Origin: Euglena gracilis
Lineage: Eukaryota
Assembly (NCBI GenBank): GCA_039621445.1
Contig: CP154954.1
Coordinates: 36,875,703-36,939,702, forward strand
Length of the DNA stretch: 64,000 bases
Direction of reading: 5' to 3'
Both the position numbers and the translations under genes were made by a program. The notes beneath the pieces are model-generated. The model had not been told where the DNA came from. It did no database searches and was given only the letters and a program-made list of their open reading frames with translations. Below, in pieces: positions 1-12,835 of this stretch (positions are counted from its first letter, which is position 1; every line of letters begins with the position of its first letter).

Positions 1-938
1 GGTTCAGGACAGAACCGGCGTCCCCCCCACGGGTTTTCCGGACGCCGGACAGAACCGGCGTCCGCCACCCCTTTTGCAGTATATACAAACGGGCGCCTGT
101 CTTGAAACCGTTCGACCTTTTGTGAAATCTCTTATTTGCCTCATCATCCTTCTTTAAAGCTGTGAAGTGTGCAATGTTCGGTGGCACTGTGTGTGGATCT
201 CCGACATCCACCCAGCTTTGGGTGGATGTGCGAGGGCTGTCGCGGCGCTATGTAGTTGTTCAGTTTCCGTTGTGATCCTGGTTGTGATTGTGCCCTGGTG
301 ATTTTTGTCTTTTGTCTGTCACGTTTCTGTCGTTAACCCTATTTCAGCTCTTGTTGAGCTCTGGGGCACCAGTCCCCACACATTCTTTTGTGCCTTCAAT
401 TGTGGGTTCACTAGGGTGGTGGCATTCGTGAAAAGTGGTCAGAAAGAAAAGTAAAAAGATCGTGAAACTTCATGAAATTTCAGGGGCCGGAAATTTCAGT
501 CACGACCCTGGGATTCACAGATCCTTTTGTGGCTTCAATCAGTTACCAGCTGCCTACATCCCACGGGCGCCTGTCTTGAAAACCGTTTCATACAAACGGG
601 CGCTTGGTCTTGCAAAGCCGCCCAGAACGCCGCCCGCCACTGCGGGCCGCCGGCCTGTACGGCCTGCCTCCTCAATATGCTCCCATCCCACGTGGAAAGT
701 GGAATGTGCCAATAGTTAGAAGCCAGCACCTTTCTTCCAGCTGGGAGTCATGGTGGTGGAAACGCAAATTGGTGCCAAATGTTTTTTTGGTATTTATCAT
801 GTTTCCAGCTAGCCTGGCACTTCCCGTTTTTAAGACATGGATCGGAGAAAGCAGTTCTTTGCTTGATGGTGAAGCAAGAAAAAACATATTGGCAGGAAAT
901 CTGTTGTTTGGGCGACATCCTGTCATGGAAGCTCCACT

Positions 939-1226
939 CAGGGGTTTTTTTTTTAGTCTTGGCCCCCCTCCCCCCCCCCAGGGGGGGGTAGGGTGGGTGG
1001 GTCCCTTGGACCCCTCCCCCCCCGGGGGGGGGGGGGGGGTGGGTGTAAGGGCTGGTGGGTATATATTTTTCGGTGCTGAAGGCACCAAAAAATATGAAAA
1101 GGTGCTATTTTCAGCATTTTTGGACATTTTCGGGCAAAAGTGGGTGGGTCCCCTGGTGGGGGGGGACACCCCAGGGGGGGTGGATGCCGACCCCCTCCCC
1201 CCACCCCCGGTCTTAAAAAATCCCTG
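939..1226. mobile_element. hAT-like MITE family A, older copy
   Basis: Similar TIR and body, degenerate TSD gctccact/gtttcagt. Confidence 0.8.
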
Positions 1227-1899
1227 GTTTCAGTGACAAATTTTCTTTTTGTTGCAAATTTTCTGCCATTTTGCCACTTTCTGCCCACTTGAACGTTTTT
1301 GTGAAAATCAGGGGGGGGGTGATCATGATGATGATGATGGCGACGACAAATATTATTATTATTATTATTATTATTATTGTTATTGTTATTGTTATTATCA
1401 TTATTGTTATTCTCAAAAAACGAGGAATTTTTTGTTGAACCCCGGAAAGGTTTGGAGCAGGCTTCTTTAAGTGAACGTCCTTTTTTGGCCCCCCAAAAGC
1501 CCCCCCCCCCCCCCGGACCTCCTCTTCCTTCCCTTTTTGGGGGTGGGTGCTGGGCACCCCCCTCCCTCTTAAAAAAAGAACTCTTCCCTTCTTTCCGGCT
1601 TTATCCCAAAGTGCCTTGCATTCACCTCCCCCCCCCGTCTCACAGTTCCGTGGCTGCTGGTGGTGGCTGGTCCCCCTCCTCACCGCCATCGGCGCCGCCA
1701 GCTGGACACGCAGGGCGGCGCTGTGAAAATGGTCAGTTCGGGGGTGGCCAGGCGATTTCCCTTTGGGAATGCACCCACACAAACTGGGCGATGAGGATTT
1801 TCTCACAAAAGAAATCCCCCCCCAATCCTGGTTGGTGAACATGTGGTGACCCCAAACGTATTTCTCAGTGCAAAGTGGCAAATCTTCTCTGCGGTGGGG

Positions 1900-3250
1900 G
1901 GTCGGCACGCCGTGGCGAGGTTTCCGGCTAGGGGGGGGGGAGGGGGGTTTTTGGCGTTTTTTGGCGTGGCGAGAGTGGCAAACGGTAGACTGGGGGGGGG
2001 GGTCCTGGGTGGTCGGCCGACTAGTCGGCCGACCACCCAATTGGTCGGCCGACTAGGCCTGGTCGGCAGCTAGTCGGCGAGACAGGGGGGGGGGGGTCCT
2101 GGGTGGTCGGCCGACTAGTCGGCCGACCACCCACTCTAATGTAGTTACGGGCCAGTCTCGCCGACTTTTAAGCCCCCCCCTGAGAAAAAACTTTTGTCCA
2201 AATCAACCCAAAACCAGTCAAAACCCACCCAAATGGCTCCAGAACCCCCCAGTCGGGGGTGAATATGCAAAAAACTGGGGGCAAAATGTCCATTTTGGGC
2301 CACTTTTGGTAAAAGAACACTTCTCCTCGTTGGATTTTCAATATATAAGTCAAAATTTGCACAAAAAGGACTTAGCCCCGGAGTATGTTGCCAACATAGA
2401 AGGGATTTTGTTATTTGAGGGGGGGGGTGGGGGGGGGCGGAGCCCCCCACGCCTATGCCAAAGTGAGCCACAAAAACGACTTAGCCCCGGAGTATGTTGC
2501 CAACATGGAAGGGATTTTGTTATTTGAGGGGGGGGGTGCGGGGGGGGCGGAGCCCCCCCCGCCTATGCCAAAGTGAGCCACAAAAACGACTTAGCCCCGG
2601 AGTATGTTGCCAACATAGAAGGGATTTTGTTATTGGAGGGGGGGGTGCGGTGGGGGGGCACCCCCGCCTATGCCAAAGTGAGCCACAAAAACGACTTAGC
2701 CCCCGAGTATGTTGCCAACATAGAAGGGATTTTGTTATCTGGGCTCGGGTGGGGGTGGAGGGGGGAGTTTTCAGCCTGTCGTGATGCAGAATGCTTGCAT
2801 TTCTAAAGGATTTTCATGTAATCCCTGTTTCGTCATTGGTTTTTTACCCCTCCGGACCCCATCAAGGGCCCACTGACCCCCCACCGACCAAAAATTTCCA
2901 TCTGAGGGTGTTCCTGTTGGTGTAAGGCACTTATTTGGCCCCATCCGGACCATTTCCGGGTGGTTTGGACCCGCCACAGACCATTTTTATGCCCACCGAC
3001 TAGCCACCGACTAGTTTGCATACAATTTTCTTCATAAAAAGTCGGCGAGACTGGCCCGTAACTACATTAGAGTGGGTGGTCGGCCGACTAGTCCGCCGAC
3101 CACCCAGGCCCCCCCCCCCCCTGTCTCGCCGACTAGCTGCCGACCAGGCCTAGTCGGCCGACCAATTGGGTGGTCGGCCGACTAGTCGGCCGACCACCCA
3201 GGACCCCCCCCCCCCCAGTCTACCGCCTAGGACCCGTGGCGAGGGGGTCC
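1900..3250. mobile_element. Long-TIR element with GTCGGCCGAC palindromes and an internal tandem repeat of about 110 bp (2360-2740)
   Basis: 1985-2170 is the reverse complement of 3036-3225; about 3.5 internal tandem units. Confidence 0.75.
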
Positions 3251-3481
3251 CGGATGGGGGGGGGAGGGGTGCACGGGGGTTTGCCAAGAAAATTTTCTTT
3301 GGCGGGCCTGACATTGCGTGGCGAGGGGGTCTGAAAAGGGGGGGGAGGGGGGGGGTAAAATGGCGTGGCGAGGGGGTTGGTGAGGGGGGGGGGGAGGGGT
3401 GTGCCGACCCCCCGGTGTTTGTCCTCCCTGACAGGTAGTTGCAGATCCCTAACAGACCCATTTTGGGGTTTTGGCCAGAAG

Positions 3482-3647
3482 CAGGGGTTTCTTTTTAATC
3501 TTGGACCCCCGGGGAGGGGGTAGGTGGCCCCCAGGGGAATATTTTTGAAAAGGTGCTATTTTCAGCATTTTTGCGATTTTTAGCCATTTTTGGGGAAAAG
3601 TGAGTGGGTCCCCTGGGACCTCCCCGGTCTTTTAAAAAAAACCCCTG
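3482..3647. mobile_element. hAT-like MITE family A
   Basis: TIR CAGGGGTTT/AAACCCCTG, perfect 8-bp TSD gccagaag. Confidence 0.9.
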
Positions 3648-4130
3648 GCCAGAAGTGTCCACCGAGGAATGGCGCGCCCCTGCCGCAGATCTCGCCCATC
3701 GACAGCAGCCTGGCCAACACGTTGGCGTGGGCAGCGGTGGCCAGCACCTACGGCTGGCTGTGGGTGACTACCTCCGCCCACGGCTGCTGGGTGCCGCGCC
3801 GCTGCCCATGCTCCGCGGTTGGGGGGCTTTTGCCCTGGGTGTATGGTCTTGAAAACCGTTTTTTTGGGAACGGTTTCTGCTAAAACCGGTTAATGTCAGT
3901 CGATTTTCAAGACAGGTGTCGGGTGAGATTTAAACACATATGGACTTTTCGTGAACTCTGATACGAAAACTGTGTCCAGAACGCCGGTTCGGGCGTGAAG
4001 CCGTGTTCCAGAACGCCGGTTCGGGCGGCAGCCCGAACCAGCGTTCTGGACACTACACAAAAATCGTCCATGTCACCCGGACACACCGTGTGTCCGGGTT
4101 ATGGGCGCCGAATGGATGGACGATTTTTGT

Positions 4131-5159
4131 CTATATCCGTTGACTAAGAGGCCCAAGACACACACTGTGTCTCGTGGAACTTAGCCACGCAATGTCTACC
4201 CCGTATTTTTTTGCGATTTTTTGTCAAATTTTCAGTTCACGAGGACACACACTGTGTCTCGTGGACTGCCAGTCCACGAGACACAGTGTGTGTCCCAGTC
4301 CACGGGGACACACACTGTGTCTCGTGGACTGCCAGTCCACGAGACACAGTGTGTGTCCTCGTGAACTGAAAAAATCAAGAATTCCCACTGGTCCGACCAA
4401 CAAGTGCCCCCCAATAACTTGGCCTTTCGGCAACTTTTGGCTTAGAGCATAAAGGTTTCTCGTGGACAAGTTTTACCACATTCCACTACCTGTCCTTGCA
4501 GTTTTTTCTTTCGGAAAATGAAGAAGACCGCAAACAGTGTGGACCGCATGCTCCCCCGACCCCCGAAACCAGATGAATTTGTTGCTACACTGGAAAAGTA
4601 TTTGGTCGATTTGCAGAAGGGCCCTGCTGTTGACCCAATACACGGTACGTTGTTGGCCAACGTGTTGGAAGAGAAGCCAAAAGGGACCGCAAAGGCTGAG
4701 CGTGTAGCTGTTACACGCCTGTTGGAGTTCCAGCAGGTGTGTAAACATCTGAACGCTCAGTATGAGGACCTGGATGGCTTTTTTTCCGCATGGGCTGGTT
4801 GGGTCATTGACCCCAGATATTTGTTTGATGAGGCTACCCTCATCAATCAAGCTCAGCAACAACGCCGCGCCAACTGTCTCTCAGCTGTTACAGCTCACGG
4901 TTGTCCGGTGACCATCTTTCCACTGCCCTGCTGCATTGCATTAGATGTAGAACACCTCGCATTTCTGGCAAACACCTTTTATTTTTCAGTCCACGAGACA
5001 CAGTGTGTGTCCCAGTCCACGGGGACACACACTGTGTCTCGTGGACTGCCAGTCCACGAGACACAGTGTGTGTCCCAGTCCACGGGGACACACACTGTGT
5101 CTCGTGGACTCAGTCCACGAGACACAGTGTGTGTCTTGGGCCTCAGTCCACGGATATAG
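4131..5159 (+). mobile_element. TIR element with subterminal hairpin arrays and an internal orphan ORF (4518 to about 4975)
   Basis: About 45-bp TIR ctatatccgt...gacacacactgtgtctcgtgga, about 62-bp self-complementary repeats on each side, protein-like ORF. Confidence 0.7.
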
Positions 5160-7551
5160 TTGTTGAAACCGTGGATTAGGGGCTCTGGCTTCACGCCCGA
5201 ACCGGCGTTCAAGGAATGCAGGCCAATTTCGGCCTAAATACCCCCCCCCCCCTAATTGACCGTGGGACCTCTCCAGGGGACCCCCCTTTTGGTCAATTAG
5301 GGGGCAGGGTTCGATATAAGGACAGGTGGGGGGGTGGTCCGACCCCCCCCCCCTGCGGGCCAGGAGGGGGGGGGGGGGGGGGGACACCCCCCCCCCACCT
5401 AAACAGGTGCGCGGTCAGGGTGGCCGAATTTTCGGCCCGGCGCGAAGCGCCAGGCCGAAAATTTTTGACCCCCCAAAACGACCAAAAGTGCCATTTTGGG
5501 CACTTTTTGGGCAAAAATGTGCCAAAAATGCAAAAAATTTTCGGCGCGAAGCGCCGGAGGAAAAAATTGACCCTTTTTGGGGGGGGTCAATTTTTTGCCC
5601 CCGAGGGTCGGTCCGGACCCCCCTTGCAGGTGGGGGGTGGTCCGGACCCCCCCCTGCGGGCCAGGAGGGGGGGGGGTGGGGGGGACACCCCCCCACCTAA
5701 ACCATGTACGCCCTCCTTATATCGAACCCTGTTAGGGGGGGGGTTCAATTAGGGGGGGGTTGGTCAATTAGAAGGGGGGTACCGTCAATTAGGGGGTGCT
5801 TCAGCACGGAATCCCCCCGGGCAGTCAATTAGGGGGGGGGTGAAAAAATTTTCCCCGGGGCGTTTGGTCAATTAGGGGAGGCATGTCGATCGGCCGATTG
5901 AAGTTTTCACTGGTCTGGTGCCATATCACCCATCGATCGAAAGCTCTTCTCAAGGGCTTTTGGTAGATGGCCACAGGATTCAGCCATTATGCACACAGCG
6001 CTTATTTTCAGCGATCGTTCATTCCAAAATTTGACATCTTAATTTGTGAAATCCCACACCTCAGGTGCCATACAGCATATCAATTGAAAGCTCTCGCCAA
6101 GACCTTTCATTTGGTACCCTCAGAACTCAGCTACACTGCAGAGCACTCTGAAAATGGCGATCGCAATTGCCGACCCTGTTTGCAAAGTCGAATTTCCTAT
6201 GTTTCACCAGCAATGTTGCCCATCGATCGAAAGATCTTCTCAGGGGCTTTCAGCAGATGGCCTTAGATTCCAGCCGTGCTGCATGGTGTTCTACTTCAAA
6301 AATTCCCCAAATTTGGCCAAATGGAAATTGTTGCACAAAGTACCCCAATACCCCCCAAAAACTGCTGGCCAAATACCCCCCAAAAACTCAACCTGTCCAG
6401 GTTTTGGCCTGGAGCCCTCAAAAAAGTTTGCCCAAAGGTCTCTAGTACAAAAAAGAGGTGTCGGACGCCGGTTCTGTCCAAAGCCCGGCGTTCCAAACGC
6501 CGGGCTTTGGACAGAACCGGCGTCCCCACCCTTCGGCCAAAGGACACTCCCGGGACCAATCTCCGACCACTGATCTGCAATGTCACACCACTTTGCACTT
6601 CACCAAATTCCGGCGATCGCGAGGGTATTTCTGGCTGTGTCAATCGTCCAGGTATAAAATCACCCCTCGATCGAAAGCTCTTTTCATCAGACGACTGGCG
6701 ATCACCACCAAATTCAGCCACGTCGCCTGGAGCTCTTATTTTCTGTCAGTGGGGAATCCTAATTTCACAACTCTGGTGCCCCCCCAAGGCCCTCAGGTCG
6801 TTGATTTGAAGAGGAAAAACGTTTCTGTAAGGTTTATTAAGCATCTTAAACCAAAAATCGCTAAAAATTGCGACAAATTTCGACTCAGATTCTGGCCGAT
6901 CCGACGATCGCGAGCGTATCTCGGGCTGCGTGCAACGTTACGGTACCAAGTTACCCCTCGATCGAAAGCTCTTTTCAACAGACGACCAGCGGTGCTCATT
7001 AGATCTTTCCACGCTGCACGGTACTCTATTTCCAAATCTGGGCCAATTTTCACCAAATTTGGATATCCACCCCAGTGGTCCCCAGATGGCAAAATTCATT
7101 GTCCTTGATGGTCGAAACACTCATATCACCACCTTAGGGCCACTTTTGGGCACTTTTGGTGCTTTTAGGAATGAAAATTGGACGCCGGGCTTTGGACAAA
7201 GCCGGCGTTCCTAACGCCGGGCTTTAGGACAGAACCGGCGTCCGGAAGCCCCTGGGGGGGGGGGACGCCGGTTCTGTCCTGAGCCCGGCGTCTCAAACGC
7301 CGGCTTAAATTTTTTTGCACTGCGCCCCAAAAATACTTGCACTTTGTTCCAAAAAAATTTGCACTTTGCCATTTAAACCGGCGTTTGAGACGCCGGGTTC
7401 AGGACAGAACCGGCGTCCCCCCCCCCCCACGGGTTTTCCGGACGCCGGTTCTGTACTAAAACCCGGCGTTAGGAACGCCGGTTTTGTCCAAAACCCGGCG
7501 TCCGGTTTTCATTCCTAAAAATGTCACCAAAAGTGCCCAAAAGTGACCCTA

Positions 7552-8037
7552 CAGTCCCTCGGCGTAAATTTTCCCCCCCCTAGGGAGGGGTTTTTGGGCT
7601 CTTGACCAGGGGGGGGGGAAATTTTCGGCCGTTTCGGGCACTTTGTCCCGTCCCTTCTATTCTTTGAAGCCATGAAGCCGACCGGCATTCGGAATTCATT
7701 TGCCGTATGTTGTGGGGTTGTTATGGTATATTCCCGAACACCTCTGTTCAGGGCGGTGGGTCTTATTGATAGATACATGCCGGGGATGGTTCAATGGACA
7801 AAAAACCCAAAAGATGCCAAGTCCTCGACCCAGGGGCCATGCAAGTGGTGAAGCTGTGCTGCCCTTGCATGTACACAAAAAAGTCCCAACCCACCTGCCT
7901 TAGCTGTTCCTCTGGGGCTGAAGGGGGGGGGGGAAAGTTTTCGCCTGTTTCGGAGCCTTTTGCAAAACCAGGAAAATTCCCAAATTTCAGGGGGGGGGAA
8001 ATTTTCGGGGGGGGGGACAATTTACGGCTAGGGACTG
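7552..8037. mobile_element. Tc1/mariner-like MITE
   Basis: TIR CAGTCCCT...CGTAAATT/AATTTACG...AGGGACTG, flanked by TA on both sides. Confidence 0.85.
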
Positions 8038-8592
8038 TAAGGTGCTGGTATGACTGTTTCAACCATCAAGGACAATGAATTTTGCCATCTGGGGACCAGT
8101 GGGGTGGATATCCAAATTTGGTGAAAATTGGCCCAGATTTGGAAATAGAGTACCGTGCGGCGTGGAAAGATCTGATGAGCACCGCTGGTCGTCTGTTGAA
8201 AAGAGCTTTCGATCGAGGGGTAACTTGGCACCCTAACGTTGCACACAGCCCGAGATACGCTCGCGATCGTCGGACCAGCCAGAATCTGAGTCGAAATTTG
8301 TGGTTATTTTCAGTGATTTTTGGTTTAAGATGCTGAATAAACCTTACAGAAACGTTTTTTCTCTTCGAATCGACCACCTGAGGGGTCCTGGGGGGTACCA
8401 GAGTTATGAAATTAGGATTTCCCAGTGACAGAAAATAAGAGCTCCTGGCGGCGTGGCTGAATTTGGTGGTGATCGCCAGTCGTCTGATGAAAAGAGCTTT
8501 CAATTGAGGGGTGAGTTTGTACCAGGACGATCGACACAGCCAGAAATACCCTCGCGATCGCTGGAATTTGGTGAAATGCAAAGTGGTGTGAC

Positions 8593-9033
8593 CAGGCTTT
8601 TGCTTAAGGACCCCCGGGGGGGGGGGGTACTGGCTAGCCAATCGGCTAGACACTGGAAAAAGTGGACTAGCTAGACCCCCCCTCCCCCCCGGGGGGGGGG
8701 GGTCCGGGGGTCCCCCGGACTGGAAAAAAAAATTTTCCTCCGGCGCACAGCGCCGGAGGAAAAATGAGGTTTTTAATAGGTTTTTGGCTGATTTTGTTCC
8801 AAAAATTTCAAAAAATGGCTAAAAACGGGCATTTTTGGCCATTTTTGGGGGTCCCAAAAAAAATTTTCGGCGCTTCGCGCCGGTCACTGGAAAAATTTTT
8901 TCCACTAGCTAGCCCTGCTAGCAGACCCCCCCCGGGGGGGTCTGCTAGAAAACCCACTAGCCAAATTTGGACTAGCTGCAGTCCAGCCCCCCCCCCCCCG
9001 GGGGGGTACTGCAATCCCTTAAGCAAATGCCTG
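8593..9033. mobile_element. hAT-like MITE family B nested in a foldback arm
   Basis: TIR CAGGCTTTTGCTTAAGG/CCTTAAGCAAATGCCTG, perfect TSD ggtgtgac. The empty site is visible in the opposite arm near 6582. Confidence 0.92.
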
Positions 9034-9823
9034 GGTGTGACTTTGCAGATAAGTGGTCGGGGATTGGTCCTGGGAGTGTCCTTTGACCGAAGGGTGGGGA
9101 CGCCGGTTCTGTCCTGAACCCGGCGTCTCTAAAACGCCGCTTTAAACAAGGGGTGGCGGACGCCGGTTCTGTCCAAAACCCGGCGCCGGTTCCGTCCAGA
9201 ACGCCGGGTTTTGGACAGAACCGGCGTCCGCCACCCCTTTTTTGATACTTTTGTCCCAAAAAAAAGCCTTACACTATAGGTACACTCCGGTTGAAGTTTA
9301 AAAAGGCAATTGTGCAAAACACCCAATCCAAGGGCAAAAAAATTCGGAACGAATGCTTTTGGAATGTGCAACCATTTTTGAGGAAAAGTGCGAACAAATT
9401 GGTGGTATGTGCAAACATTTTTGAGATTAAGTGCAAGAAAATTGACCGGAAGTGTAAAAGCATGCGGAGCGAAGTGCAAAAAAATTCGGTTGTTTGGTGT
9501 AAAAAATATTTTCTTAAAAAGGTATGTTTTTTAAAAAAACAAAAACAAACCGTCAACCTTGGCACTCGGCCGACTACCCACCACCCACTCCCCCTCCCAG
9601 TCGACTGTCTGGCACCCGTGCCGACCCCTCCCCCCTGTCCCTCCAATATGAAACACCCCCTCGGGAGCCAAAATCCTGAGGACGTTGCAGCTATGCCATG
9701 GTGTGGGGAATCGGTCTCAGCCAAAGCCCCCCCCCCCCCCCGCCGGCAAGGGGGTGCATGGGTGCATGTGGGGGGGGGGAGGTGATGGGGGGGGGGGGAA
9801 TGGACAACTGCAATGGTCTGGTC

Positions 9824-9962
9824 CAAATCCTTTGCTTTGCCCCGTCACTGTATTCCGCCAAACAGTTAAAGACGATACCACACCGTAAATTTCAACAAGG
9901 TTTCGCAAATCTGCTTCATGATAAGACAATGGAAGGTTCCGAATGAAGACGTTCTTGTTCAT
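9824..9962 (-). CDS. RRM RNA-binding protein, probable first coding exon (MNKNVFIRNLPLSYHEADLRNLVEIYGVVSSLTVWRNTVTGQSKGFG)
   Basis: RNP2 (VFIRNL) and the start of RNP1 (KGFG). Polypyrimidine plus CAG acceptor 7 nt before the ATG. Downstream exon not found. Confidence 0.8.
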
Positions 9963-11339
9963 AACCGCTCTGCAAAGGAAAATGCAAGAATAGTTTTTTG
10001 TGTATTTTTGGGGGGTTTACACGTGCGATTTTGTTGATTGAACAAACAACGGTACTTGCCAGCGCACGACGGACCCACCCTTTCAATTATCGCACAACGC
10101 CCTTTGAACGGCCAGAATCCTCTCCCTTGGGGTCCGTTTCGGCCATTTTGGGTGGTTTTTGTGGTTTCCATGACCCCCTCCCAAGGGGGGTCACTTAGTG
10201 GGGGGGGGGTCGGAAAACAAAAACTTGATATCACCCCCACCTTTTGGGGGGAGGGAATTTTTGTGTGAAATTCGTGACCTACACCATTTCCCCATCAGGT
10301 CAAAAATTTCGGAAAATTCTTCAAAAAAGAACTCTTTTATGACCATTTTAGCTTACGGAAAATATTATGCATGTTCCAGCCGGACCCCGGAGGACCACTT
10401 AGGGGGGGGGGGGTTCGCAAAAAAGGCGAAGTGTTCGCAATTACAACTCCTGACCCTGACCCTGTTCCTCCCAACAACCCTATACAGTCAATGGAAGAGG
10501 AAAAGAAGACGTCGTGCGATAACCGAAAGGGGGGGTCCGTCGTGCGATAACAGACAAGTACCCAAACGACATCTTTGGCCGACACCTTTGGCCCCAGCAG
10601 CAACACCCGGGCAGATCCCTTATGGGGACAAACTGTCAGTGGGCTTTGTCTTTCTTCCTCCCTGCCTTGCCACCTTCCCAAAACCATCGCCAAAAGGGAA
10701 TTTCTTAAGGACCCCCCGGGGGGGGGGTCCAGCCTCCGACTGGCAAAAAGGCTGCTGGCAGCCAGCAGCTCAAATCCAGCCAAGCAGCCCAAATTCGGGC
10801 TGGGAGCCCCCCCCCCCCCCCCAGGGGTCGAGTGAAATAAAGTCAGGTCCAGCCCGGCCGGAGGCCGGGCCAGCCGGCCACAGGCTGGCCAGCCAACTGG
10901 GCTGCCCAGCTCACTTATCCCTGCATTTTTCCCCTCACCACAGCCCCTCCATCACAGCCCCAGCCTTGATCTAGCTCCACCCATCAAAATGTCGAAGATG
11001 GCAAAAATGTGTTAGAAAAATTTGTTTTCCTCGACCAGCCCTCCAGCACCGGACCCCCTCCCCCCCACCCCCCCCGGCGGGGGGGGCAGCCATACCCTCC
11101 CCCCCAAAATAAGCCCCCCCCCCCTGGGCCGATCAAGGAAAAATCCAAAAATAAGACCCCTCCTCATAAAAAAAGACCCCTTGATCCCCCTTGCCGTGGA
11201 CGGTGAAAGTTTTCCCTGAAAATGAGCAAAAAACCCCAATTTCATGCACATGAAATTTCCAAAGTTTTCAGATTTTTGAAGTGGGGGGGTCGTTCTGCCC
11301 TGGGGGGGAGGAGGGGGAGGGAGGGTGGTCCCGGACCGT

Positions 11340-12301
11340 CCGTCGCAGGTGATTTTTTTCCCGGTCAGCAAGCGCCGGCAACCACCGTGCAGCCGCTGCA
11401 AGTGGTGGTCCTGTGCCAGTGCATCCAGCCACACCGGGGGGGGGGGAGCGGGCTCCCACGCGAGCGCCCGCGCGGGGGACGAGAATATTGCTTTAAAGAA
11501 CATGGCAGCAATGGAACACAAGAAGGTCACGAAGAACCAACCGGTATGTGAAGCCGCAGGATGGTTATTCAGCCCTCTGTCCTTCCATCCGTGGTCAGGC
11601 CTGGGCCCATTGGGGTCTGGTCTCCTTGGCCGTCTGGTGAAGCAAGCCCTTGGTGACAAGCAAGGATGGGCAAGGCAGCACATGGCCGCAGACATTTGGC
11701 AACGTATATCCGCAACCTTGATGGCCTTTGTGGCGGAACAGCTCTCTGCCGCAGCTACAACCAGAGGGCAAGAGGAGTTACCTCCAACAGCCACGCCGCA
11801 AGAGATGCCGTCGAGAACCAGGAGCATACAAGGAGCCACCGCAGTGGCGGCGGTGGACACGGAAGGATGGCAAAGAGTGCGTCACGCCGAGGATGGGACC
11901 CTAGTCGGCCCCATCCGCATCCAGTGCACCCGCCCGAGGTGAGACCCCTCGGAAGAGGACATGGTAGCACCATCTCCAACGCAAAAAAGAAAAAAATAGA
12001 AAAGGGCCCACACCCCTCTGGGTAAGGCCAGCGAGAATCGAAGTGAAACCGCCCAAGTGACAGGCGGGTGCAACGGCTCGCGGTGACCCGTCCCGACGGC
12101 AAAGAACAGCACGCCGACACGGGCGACACGCTCGCACGGGCGACGCGCGGGCACGACACGCGCGAGACACGTGCGAGCCGTGCCGAGCCGTGCCGAGCCG
12201 TGCCGAGCCGTGCCGAGCCGTGCCGAGCCGTGCCGAGCCGTGCCGAGCCGTGCCGAGCCGTGCCGAGCCGTGCCGAGCCGTGCCGAGCCGTGCCGAGCCG
12301 T
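11340..12301 (+). mobile_element. 3' end of a CRE-like RLE non-LTR retrotransposon with a 10-mer repeat tail
   Basis: Translation ...AMEHKKVTKNQPVCEAAGWLFSPLSFHPWSGLGP...WQRISATLM resembles the C-terminal restriction-like endonuclease region. UTR and (GCCGAGCCGT)n follow. Confidence 0.65.
12173..12301. repeat. (GCCGAGCCGT) x about 13
   Basis: Perfect 10-bp tandem array. Confidence 0.95.
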
Positions 12302-12835
12302 GGGGAGGCCAGCATTTTGAACCCATGGATCTGGATGGGTGGCAGCAAGAAGAAGAGCAAGGTGATGGGACAAATGTGGGTCCCATTCGCATTCAATGCT
12401 CCCGACCGCAGCAAGAGGAGCCCGGCAGGAGGTAGCCCCTCCAGCTCAGACACACACACACACACACACACACACACAAGGGAAAAAAAGACAAAAGGGC
12501 CCACGCCCCTCAGGGCAAGGCCAGCGAGAATCGAAGTGAAACCAAACAGTGACAGGCGGGTGCAACGGCTCGCGGTGACCCGTCCCGACGGCAAAGAACA
12601 GCACGCCGACACGGGCGACGCGCTCGCACGGGCGACGCGCGGGCACGACACGCGCGAGACACGTGCGAGCCGTGCCGAGCCGTGCCGAGCCGTGCCGAGC
12701 CGTGCCGAGCCGTGCCGAGCCGTGCCGAGCCGTGCCGAGCCGTGCCGAGCCGTGCCGAGCCGTGCCGAGCCGTGCCGAGCCGTGCCGAGCCGTGCCGAGC
12801 CATGCCGAGCCGTGCCGAGCCGTGCCGAGCCGTGC
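12302..12835 (+). mobile_element. Second, more 5'-truncated copy of the same retroelement family
   Basis: Peptide DGTNVGPIRIQC versus DGTLVGPIRIQC in copy 1, near-identical UTR, same 10-mer array. Confidence 0.65.
12664..12835. repeat. (GCCGAGCCGT) x about 17
   Basis: 10-bp tandem array with one variant unit. Confidence 0.95.

Larger units (their letters stand above)
6445..9250. mobile_element. Large foldback element with arms of about 0.9 kb and two nested MITEs
   Basis: 6445-7310 is the reverse complement of 7375-7551, 8038-8592 and 9034-9250 joined. Arrays of ACGCCGG-N-CCGGCGT hairpins, also seen at 1-80. Confidence 0.8.

Noticed and set aside
2977-2985. CAGACCATT as the 3' partner of the RRM intron
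   Set aside because: Joining gives no RRM continuation and reaches a stop within a few codons.
4236-5140. CRISPR-like array of palindromic repeats
   Set aside because: No unique spacers and no cas genes; the repeats are subterminal to TIRs.
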